Source: Convolutriloba macropyga (lineage: Eukaryota). From it: DNA of 64,000 nt. The stretch lies in contig NC_134480.1 of assembly GCF_964194025.1 (NCBI RefSeq), positions 186,001-250,000 on the forward strand. The letters run 5' to 3'. Positions within the stretch are counted from its first letter, which is position 1; the number at the start of each line of letters is the position of its first letter. The notes under the pieces were generated by a model, which saw only the letters and a program-made list of their open reading frames with translations, was not told the origin of the DNA and made no database searches. Position numbers and translations under genes: made by a program. Shown one piece after another: positions 25,710-34,975 of the stretch.

Positions 25710-26360
25710 TAATATCAGTAATACGAGCACGACTGTTCGGTACAAAGAATTCTGATGAAATGATGTTACATTTGAACAGTATCTCAACAAATCAGGTGTA
25801 GATGGTCTCAAATCAATCATAAGATGACCAAATGATTCTTGTGTTGCATCATCATACCACTGTTTTAGTTGTGTTCCGAGACCTAGCTGTCTTCCCAAGA
25901 TATCAATTTGCTGCACATCTCTCGGTGATTTGAACAAAACAATGTGAGTAGTCTGCAGCTCGGCATCACGTCCAGTTTTGTTTTTATGGAAAAGATTATG
26001 CTTGATATATACACAATTTAGGTTTCGATGTCTACCGGCTGTTGCAATTCCGTTGAATTTTTCCGACTTGGAAAGAATGTCCAATGAATCATCGAATATA
26101 AGTAAATATTTAGTGCCGTCAGCGGGTAAGTTATCAATTAAATCAAAGTCAACACCCTGAATGAATTCTATGTCTGTAATTGATTGAATCATTGTGTCGT
26201 AAATTGCCTGAAAGTGCTTATAAAAGTATAAAATTCGATCAAATGATGGCTGAAAAGTTTTCATTCGTAGCATATCATTGATAAAAACAGTTTTTCCAGA
26301 TCCTGAAGGACCAACAAGATACATCAGAATTCGTTCGTTTGATGAAATGATTTTGTTCAT
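25621..26360 (-). pseudogene. FtsK/HerA (A32-like) packaging ATPase, C-terminal frameshift
   Basis: Walker A GPSGSGKT, Walker B LLIFDD, arginine finger GRH, HIVLFKSPRD; inferred frameshift at ~25757. Confidence 0.9.
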
Positions 26361-26361
26361 T

Positions 26362-26617
26362 TTATGTTCGGGGATTAGGAAGTATATAACCAACGGCACT
26401 TGAAAGAATAGCAATCCAAACTGTTCGTTCGTCACAAGTTCTAGCAAAAATAAGATTAATAATTGAAAACAGAAGCAGTACTAATACAACTAAGCACTGA
26501 AATATTGACAAAAAAAGCTGTTCGAGAGCAAGTGCGACCACAGATTTTCCAAGGAGGTCTTTCCTGATTGTTATTATCAAAAATAAAGTCAGATGCGTGA
26601 TTGAGATGATCTGTCAT
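26362..26617 (-). pseudogene. Small two-TM membrane protein, probable frameshift in a T run
   Basis: MTDHLN...PWKICGRTCSRTA / FLSIFQCLVVLVLLLFSIINL...VWIAILSSAVGYILPNP. Confidence 0.6.
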
Positions 26618-26659
26618 TAGAGAGCAACTGATTTTTGTTCGTCTTTAGGTAATAATGAT

Positions 26660-27112
26660 TCACACTTTGATTAATTGGAATCGTGGTAACATTTTCAAAA
26701 AAAAACAATATGCAAGACCTGTTATATGTCCCAAGAAACAAAAATTCAATATAGAATTAAAAAATGGAACAACGTAACAATATCCAGGGCCAATATTTAG
26801 ATTTGTTTTCAGGTATCCTGCGGCATCATGAAATGTAGCGTGTAATCGAAAAACTTTTGACCAATTGAGAAGTTTTTCTAACTTTGAGTCACCAACTCCT
26901 ATTAGTCCCCCAAACGGAGCTTCTCTGTTGATTTTATCCAGATCTACATTTTTGTTCAAGCTTCGACAGACAGCCAAAAAATAATTTTTGCGTTTTGTAT
27001 TTCCAACAAATAGTTTACTGATTTCTTTCTCTAACACTACAATTTCCTCAATGTTCATATCAAGCAACTGTACTGGAACATTAAAATTTAAAAAGTGATT
27101 AAATACAAACAT
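26660..27112 (-). CDS. Putative divergent phospholipase A2-like protein
   Basis: GLIGVGDSKL...LHATFHDAAGY resembles the parvoviral PLA2 GPG loop and HD dyad; ORF intact. Confidence 0.45.
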   Translation of the reverse strand: MFVFNHFLNFNVPVQLLDMNIEEIVVLEKEISKLFVGNTKRKNYFLAVCRSLNKNVDLDKINREAPFGGLIGVGDSKLEKLLNWSKVFRLHATFHDAAGYLKTNLNIGPGYCYVVPFFNSILNFCFLGHITGLAYCFFLKMLPRFQLIKV

Positions 27113-27146
27113 CACAACATACAATATAAAAAATTTACAATTACTG

Positions 27147-27896
27147 TTATGCACTTTGCGATCTTTTTTGAATTTTGACTTTGTTCAGCACTGAATTAAT
27201 TTCATCACTCATTCTGTGTAGCTTCTCCATCTCACCAATTCTGACCGAAAGAAAGCATTTCCTTCTAAAATTGTCCTTTTCAGTCCCTCGTGTGAACAGC
27301 TTGATTGTGAAGTAACATCGATTCGGGTCATCTTGGAAAAATATTTTAGTCACACACACCTTCCGTCGAGCAGTCTCACTCACTTCCCAGAACACATCAA
27401 ATTTTGTTTTTTCCTCAACATCAGTTGGTTGGAACACAGTTTCGTCAATCACCAGCTTCGCAGTACCTACAGTTGGTTCGAACAGTAGTGCTTCTTTTAT
27501 CATCTCAGGTATCTTTTCAATAACAAGCTTCAATTCTCTGGCCGATAGCATCAGAAATTGATGCAGAATATATTCACTTTCCACATTTTCGCGAAATACT
27601 TTCAAGTGAGTCCAGTTAGAGTTTGTGTTGACGGTTTCCTCTGGGATGCTGATTTGAAACTTGCGATTCCCGTATTCTTGAAAGCACCAACAGTTGTTTC
27701 TTCCATCGTGCTCCTCATTTGGTTTTGGGTCGGTGTTGTCTTTTTTATCGTTGTTTTCTTTAAATAGAGAAAACATGCTCTCATTGTGGTTTTCCAACTG
27801 TGGTGAAGGAGCAACTGGTTTTCCTTTGTAATCTCGTTTGCGGATGGGAAAGGAGAATGGTTTTTTGGAGTTAGGAGAGACAGAGCTTTGATCCAT
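27147..27896 (-). CDS. Accessory protein with two tandem PC4/PUR-like domains (putative ssDNA binder)
   Basis: 249-aa intact ORF with two similar beta-beta-beta-beta-alpha-like repeats; ttcacag acceptor abuts the ATG. Confidence 0.5.
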   Translation of the reverse strand: MDQSSVSPNSKKPFSFPIRKRDYKGKPVAPSPQLENHNESMFSLFKENNDKKDNTDPKPNEEHDGRNNCWCFQEYGNRKFQISIPEETVNTNSNWTHLKVFRENVESEYILHQFLMLSARELKLVIEKIPEMIKEALLFEPTVGTAKLVIDETVFQPTDVEEKTKFDVFWEVSETARRKVCVTKIFFQDDPNRCYFTIKLFTRGTEKDNFRRKCFLSVRIGEMEKLHRMSDEINSVLNKVKIQKRSQSA

Positions 27897-28251
27897 CTGT
27901 GAAGTGAGAATGTGGAGTATGTAAAGTTTTTAAAGTAGAAAATTTTGTGTATACAAGGGTAACTGAATATTGAGAGTGGAAAGAAACAAATGAATAAATT
28001 GTCTTCAAGAAAGGGCTTGATACCTTGAACCATTGAAATTTAAGTAAGAACGAGAACAGTAGCGAAAAATAAACTTCGTATCCAATGAGATGTTATAAAA
28101 TAAATCGCAACCAATGAAAATAGAGTGTGCATCATGACGTAATAGTTATGTCACTTCTATTTTTAGTAACATCACGTGATGTCAAAGATGAGTTTTCTAT
28201 ATTTAGTCACGTGAGGGAAATTTTAGCATCGAACAAAAGCAAGTTATCTCA

Positions 28252-28833
28252 CTATTCTATTGGAGAACACCTATAGTTCGAGAAAGGAATATTTTGATGA
28301 GATGATTGAGTCTCTTCATTGTCAGTTTCCTGGATCGGAGGAAGAATAAGGTCTTTGAAATTGGGCAGATTGAAGGGTTCTGGGTTTTTAGAAAATGAGT
28401 CAGCATGCTTGGAGAACATGTCTTCTACCCAACAAACACCGTAGTGATTTATGTCACGAGAGTACGGGAACATAATACCTTTGCTGTCTTTCAACGGGTG
28501 AAACCCTTGTTCTTTTCGATTTCTTTCAATGGTTTGAAAATAAGTTTGGAGAGAAAGCAATGAATTGTTGACTTTTTCTTCGGCTAGGTGGAGGTTATGA
28601 TGTCTAGCTGCCTCTAAAGTTCTCCACAAATTCTTCGGAAGTGTCAAGCTAGTAGTCTGTGTTTTAATTGTTACTCTAGTGCAATCCACCTCAAAAGACA
28701 ATTCCAAATTGTTATCGGTTACTACCGTTTTAAATATTGATGCTTCCGTGATAGGAACAAAATCTAAATCTGAATGAAAAGTAGAAAGAAAAGATGTTGA
28801 AGGAAGTAAAGGAAGAATTGGAGTATTTTGCAT
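28252..28833 (-). CDS. Hypothetical Polinton accessory protein
   Basis: 193-aa ATG-initiated intact ORF inside the element; no recognised motif. Confidence 0.55.
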   Translation of the reverse strand: MQNTPILPLLPSTSFLSTFHSDLDFVPITEASIFKTVVTDNNLELSFEVDCTRVTIKTQTTSLTLPKNLWRTLEAARHHNLHLAEEKVNNSLLSLQTYFQTIERNRKEQGFHPLKDSKGIMFPYSRDINHYGVCWVEDMFSKHADSFSKNPEPFNLPNFKDLILPPIQETDNEETQSSHQNIPFSNYRCSPIE

Positions 28834-29161
28834 TTTTTTAGGCTACTTATGTTCAACCGAGACAAAAGACAAAATGAATCGATAATGTTTTTCAGCATCA
28901 TCATTCCAAAAGCAGATCTGACAAATTATGTGATTGGCTAAAAAAAATAAGAAATGGACATTTTCAAAACAATAATACAACTTTTTCTGAAATCGGAAAA
29001 TCGGAACTTCAGTTTAAAACGACACAGTAAAACGCTATTTTAAACAAGAAATTGATTTAAAAAATTGTAAAATCTGTAAAAATCAAAAATAAAAAATTGT
29101 ACTTTTTTGTTAATATGGGAATGTGTGGGTAAATGACCTTATTAATTTGTTGTTAAGACGC

Positions 29162-30053
29162 TATCTTACTAATCCCGTTAGTGTGAACAGCTTGGGTATC
29201 ATACTGTGAGGTACATTTTTGAAAATCACGTAAGCTGTACATAACTGTGAGTCATCATATCTAATGTAATATTTAAACATTTTATAGCTAATCCCCTTCG
29301 TGTGAACAGCTTGGGTGTCATGCTGTGAGGTACGTTTTTGGAAATTTACATTATTGAAGTGTAAAATGGTAGGGGGTCAATGACCTTACTGATTCGATGT
29401 TAAGACACTGTCTTGCTAATCCCTTTAGTGTGAACAGCTTGGGTATCATGCTGTGAGGTACACTTTTGAAAATTTACATTATTAATGTGTAATATGGAAG
29501 CGCGTCAATGACCTTACTGATTCGTTGTTAAGGCACTGTCATGCTAATCCCCTTCGTGTGAACAGCTTGTGTGTCACGCTGTGAGGTATATCTCTGGAAT
29601 TCGACATTAGTAAAGTGTAATATTGGAATGGGTAAATGACCTCACTATTTTGTTATTGAGGGATTATCTTGCTAATCCCTTTCGTGTGAACAGCTTGGGT
29701 GTCACGCTGTGAGGTACATCTTTGGAAATTTACAATTAGTAAAGTGTAATATGGGAAAAGGTAAATGACCTTATTAATTTGTTGTTAAGGCACTGCTAAT
29801 CCCCTTCGTGTGAACAGCTTGGGTGTCATGCTGTGAGGTACATTTTTGAAAAGTCGTACGTAACTGTAAATGAGTCATCCTAAATTTTTATTGAAGGATT
29901 ATCTTGCTAATCCCCTTCGTGTGAACAGCTTGGTTATCATGCTGTGAGGAGGTACATCTTTGGAAATTGGAGGGTAGGAGGCTATACCTAATGTTAATAC
30001 ATAGGTACTTCCTTTTACCCCCCCCCCCCCTGATCTGCTGAACTATTACTACT
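29162..30053 (-). repeat. Right terminal inverted repeat with 7 conserved repeats
   Basis: Reverse complement of the left TIR; ends ...TATTACTACT followed by the TSD. Confidence 0.95.
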
Positions 30054-30990
30054 GTCACGAAATAGCCCGTCTCCCCAATTCTGAACTCTGTAACCCGACA
30101 AATTGGGAAAGCATAAAGCAGATAACTTTTGTGGAAACTTCACAGATCTAAAACAGAAAAACAAACACTAAAATTCATTTAAAAAAGTCATCAACGAACG
30201 CGATACCGTTCCAATTGAGCCAATTGCTAGTTGAAAACAAGAGAACAAAAACGTCGAAAAACTAAATGAAAATCTTGTTTTAAATTGTGTATCTTAAGAT
30301 TTAAACTTCAGTGGCTGCACTGAAAAATGAATATCCGAAATAACACAACTTAAACCATTAGTAAAAATGAAAGAAAACGACAGAAATTGCACTGAACTTA
30401 GATTACATCTGGTGTCACTTCCAGAAGAAAACCCAGAGGAAACCAACCAATTGAGCTTGTTTCAAAAGGCATGACAAAAACGAAATGAAACCGATGACTT
30501 CACAGTGCGTACATGGAATCTAGATTTGAACAGCCTGTCGATTGCCGGAAAAAGAGGCGTTGCAAAACTAAAAGCTTGAACTGAAACAGTTCGAATAAAA
30601 GTGATCAAAATTACTGCCTAACTTTTTCTTAGTGTCAACAATTACTCTATTTTGGTCTGCAGTTTCATTGGATTCGTTGAACATGGTTAATGCAACCTGC
30701 AAATTGCGTGATAATAAGCATAACACAATCACCAGTCAGCAGTTTATTTTACTCTAAGGAACTTTGATGACTTAATGTAAAAAGTCTTTATTCGTTAAGT
30801 CTTATTGCTCGGTCTTTATCGATTTATCACGTTTCGTTTCATTTCGTACTTTGATCCTGAACACGTTCGGGTACATTACTGAATGAATTATCCATTCCAT
30901 TCAGCTGAAACAGTGAATGAGGTGAGTCAGCAGTGAAGCGTCTAATTTGTGACATGTGTAAAACTCAAAAAAGGTAAATCGGATTAAAAA

Positions 30991-31333
30991 CATAACACCG
31001 GAAACGACTCAAAGAGTCGTGAAATTTACTTTGCAACTTAATATTGAAATCAGTAATATCAAAGAGAAAAGAGAAGAGAGTAGGCGCCGGGATAGATAAG
31101 TAGGGAGGGGGGGGGACTTCTGTTAGTATATAAACAGAAGTCAATGTACGAAATCAAAGATGTCAAGGTTCAAGTCATTAACAATTTTGCCTCAGCTAAA
31201 AAAAATCTTGCTGTACAACACCAATACTCTCCTCTGAGTATTAAAAACTATAGAATACTAATACTTCTCTTCGAGTCGTAAAAAAAAGGAGAGCGCGTAA
31301 AAAATAGCCTTTGAGAGGTTGACGGCGGCTGTT
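30991..31333 (-). mobile_element. Helentron-like family-C element abutting the terminal module of an A-type element
   Basis: CATAAC...ACGACTCAAAGAG left; CTCTTCGAGTCGT right at ~31279; then A-tract and GGAGAGCGC...GACGGCGGCTGTT. Confidence 0.5.
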
Positions 31334-32215
31334 ACAAAATAGAATTGATTCCTTACAGTTTTCCATGGTTACTTATAGAGGTGATATTTGGCTAGCAGTT
31401 TTTGGTTAGAATCAAGTGTTCACGTTTGACCTTTAACTCTTTCTTGAAAGTTCCAGCTTCGATCGGTAACAGTTTCAATTTGCCTCTAAACACGCCCTCA
31501 TCATTGATAAGCTACGCTTCAAAAAAATTCGGTCAATAATGTTGAAATTAAAAGAAACAACATGAAAATACCGCGCGTAAACAAAGTTCTCTCTCTCTAC
31601 GCAGAAAACGTTTCACACCTACTTTCCTAGCTCTGTTTTGCGAATGAACAAAAACTCTCTTTCAGCAAAATTTCAACTTCCGGCTTTAATGTTCGCTCCA
31701 CTTATCAAAAAAAAGAGAAAACCATAAGGACTGTTCGATTTATAAAAAGAGAAAATTATAAGAACTAATCGGGTTGGTTCGTGGTTAAATTGGTTCGTAA
31801 ACTCACTTTGGCTTTTTTTAATGAGACCAATGAAGCTTCCAGCTATCGCTTTGCGGCTTTTAGAAAGAAAATGAATCTCGAGGAGGCCAAAATTTTTCGA
31901 ATACCAAGGAAAAAGTAAGACTACTAGACAGCAGCCTTTCGGAAGAAAGGTATGATGCTTGATCTTGATTTAGATGAATTGGTCCCTCACATAACCTACA
32001 ATTAGAGAAATCCTCAGTAGATCTTAACTCCTCCTGTAAAGTAAGCGCAAGTCATTTAAGAGTGATGTTGTGACCAAGAGAACATTCAGGCAGGTGATTG
32101 TGATTTGCAATCAAGGTTAAAATTTCCTTTGCTATAACAGTTCCAGTCCCCCCCCCCCCCCCATAAAAGCACCCCTTCCGTCTCAAAAAATGCTGATGAT
32201 TTTCGGTATACTTAC

Positions 32216-32332
32216 AGGCACTTCGTCGGGACTACTGTATATTGGGACTTTTCTCTCTGCAGCCCTTCGAGCCTTCTCCGCCTCAATGACTTCTATCTTC
32301 TCCCATGTGATGTCCAGCACCAATTCCAGCAT
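32216..32332 (-). CDS. WDR93: WDR93-like gene, coding exon 2
   Basis: ttttag acceptor, gtaagt donor, 117 nt; MLELVLDITWEKIEVIEAEKARRAAERKVPIYSSPDEVP. This frame is not in the ORF track. Confidence 0.85.
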
Positions 32333-32369
32333 CTAAAAGGACTATTTCTGGATTTGCAATATTAACAAA

Positions 32370-34369
32370 CATAGCTGGCAGATTGCCAGAAAATAGCCGC
32401 AATAGATTCGTAGATCGGCAGTCTCGAAAAAACAGTAAAGAGACCAAAAAAAATTGTCTTTTCATTGAAGGCTGATCTGTTATATTTTGATTAAAAATCT
32501 GTATAAGTTATTGCTGCCTCTATTAGCTGATCTCAAATAACCTTCATTTAGAGTGACACACACCCATTTGACCATATCTCTTTGAACTAAAGTAAATAAA
32601 AGTCAATTTCAAAGTGAGGAATTCATTTTTTTGAGTGAGGTACGTCAAGTGTGACCAAAAATTAAATCACGCGAATGAACAAAAAAAAACTCGCTCCACT
32701 AAGAGCGAAAAATGCCGTCACACATGCAATTCAGTTGAAATTGCATGAACGAATGAACAAAAAGTGGCTGTGACGTCATATGGTCGTAACAAAAATCAAG
32801 ACGACGAAATAAAAAAACATAGCAGGTCAAGTCCTGACGTACAATTCAAAGAATTTTTATTGACTAAACAGAAAACTAGACCTAGAACGGACTATGAATG
32901 GATTGGGAAAACCATTTAGAAAAAAATTCGATCCAAAAATTCGAAAAAACAGTAAAAATCAAAGTGAAATTGCTGCATGTGAACAAAAAATCACTAGTGA
33001 GAAAGCGAATTTTTGTTCAAACACCGTTTTCTGACTCTACTTTAAATTTAGAGCGAAAAAACTTCACGCCGCAAAACCACTCGCTTTTTCGCTCCACTTC
33101 CTGTTTCGGCGTGACCAAAATCACTACTCCAATTTGACTTCAAAAATCATGAAAATGTGTGAACAGATCTTAAAAAAAAACATAGCCGGAAGAATTCCGG
33201 AAACGACTCGAAGAGAAAATCCATTCAAACGCCATCCAACTACTCATCAAACAAAACGTGCTTTCACTAATTTATGATTATATTGAAACAATGTCATGAA
33301 ACAAAAAATTGAAAACAATAAAATCAAATCTGTAAAAATATGATAAAAAATCTGAACAAACTTTGTTATAAATTGAGATCCCGAAAAAACTATCTCTGCC
33401 AATCTAACTTTATCAAAACAACTAGTACTTAAAAAAACACTTATGTGAATTTAAAATAGTTTAGGCTAAATTATGAAAAAAAAGCTCTTAAAAACAACTT
33501 TCACTGAAAAAAGTTACTAAATTTTTTTAACATTTCAAAAAACATATAAATCCAAAAAAAATCCCTTCAGCCAATAGGGTCTCCAGATGCTCGCAATACA
33601 ATAGACAAGTCATAATAGGCAAAGAAACTTAGCTAAAAACAGAAAAAAAAACGAAAAACTGCAAAAAATTAAGAAAAATAGTTCCAATTTTCGCCATTTT
33701 TTTGTCATATTTCTCAACAAAAAAAATGATTCTTACCCACAAAACTGTAACCAATTGTTATCATAAATTTGCTCAAGTAGAAGGGGTTTCTTCAATACCC
33801 ATTTGAGCCAGTAAAAAAATAATCGTCAAAAAACGCAAAAATTAGCCCGAAAATCAGCAAAATACATTAAAAACCCCCGAATTATCACAAAATTCATACG
33901 AATTTCCAGAAACCTTCAAACCCCTACCGATACGAGCCCAAACTTAAGACAAAATCATAACCAAACCTCTTAACCAAAATAAATGAAAAAAACTGCTTTA
34001 AAATGCCGCACGTGAACAAAAAAATTTTGCTCGCCTAGAGAAAATTTTTCACACAGCAATTTCTCGCTCTCTCAAAAACAGCGGTATGAACAAAAACCAC
34101 TTTCTTTTCGCTCCGCTCTTCACTTTTGTTCAGCGCCAAAATCACTCCAATTTTTTTCACGCGTTTCATTTCCCGCTTCAAAAATCACTCCAATAAAATT
34201 GATTTAAAAAAAGGACTTCTCCAATACTCCTCTTCGAGTCGTAAAAAAAGACAGCGCCCCAATACAATTCAAATTCTTGAATTGTAAAAACCAAGAGAAG
34301 GCCAATAATAGCCCCAGCTATCGCTGTGCGGCTATTAATAATAGCCCCAGCTATCGCTGTGCGGCTATT
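32370..34369 (-). mobile_element. Triple-nested Helentron-like elements: A (32370-34369) > B (32818-34285) > C (33181-34242)
   Basis: Three left ends and three stacked right ends with matching subTIR pairs AATAGCCGC, TACAATTCAA and ACGACTCGAAGAG. Confidence 0.8.
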
Positions 34370-34828
34370 AAACAAAAATTAGGTAACTTGTACAATTCTA
34401 TCAGACACTGGGACAACAAACAATCCGGATTGGCATGAACAAGGAAAAGTAAACAGCATCTTTAATACTGCGGATCAATCCTGCTCCTGTTGGAAGAGCG
34501 ATTGACAGAATTACGTTTTTAACGAAGATTTTACAAATACAATTAATCCGTCAAAACAACAATTTCAGTTTATATTTTTGCACGATTGAAATCTGCCAAT
34601 TTTAGGTGACTTTTCCGACAACATTTGGTTAAATTTGTCTCTCTCGAAAAGCACTGTCAGCCACGTGTGCGTAAAATTTTAGAGGTAGATGAAAATATGC
34701 AAGGCATGGAATACCCCCCGTGCCTTTGCTCAATAAATCATTATCTGACAAGGTAGCATGAGAGTTTTGTGGGTTATATAAAAAAATGGGCAGGGACAAA
34801 TTTGAACTTAAACGAAGATAAATTTTAC

Positions 34829-34975
34829 CTTATCGATCATCCTGTATGGCTGAGGCAAGTAGTCAAATAGGATCTCTGGGTCCAGAATGAAGTCATCGTC
34901 CTTCAACTTGAATTCAGTAATGGAGGGTGTCTGGAGGGAGGGTTCCCCCTCCTCTTTACGCAAATACACCGGCAT
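34829..34975 (-). CDS. WDR93: WDR93-like gene, coding exon 1
   Basis: MPVYLRK...DDDFILDPEILFDYLPQPYRMIDK then gtaaaa donor; LPQPYRMIxK is the WDR93 N-terminal signature. Confidence 0.88.

Larger units (their letters stand above)
14902..30053. mobile_element. Polinton/Maverick (adintovirus-like endogenous virus), full length, decaying
   Basis: 5'-AGTAGT...ACTACT-3' termini; GTCACG TSD at 14896-14901 and 30054-30059; long TIRs; pPolB, integrase, ATPase, adenain and capsid genes. Confidence 0.97.

Noticed and set aside
25599-26447. 282-aa ATPase as given in the ORF track
   Set aside because: Chimera of a non-ATG extension, the ATPase and the next gene, created by frameshifts.
29780-29860. Spliced-leader RNA genes (TGAG|GTAC followed by ATTTTTG)
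   Set aside because: The Sm-like T-run is too close to the donor and is absent from several units.
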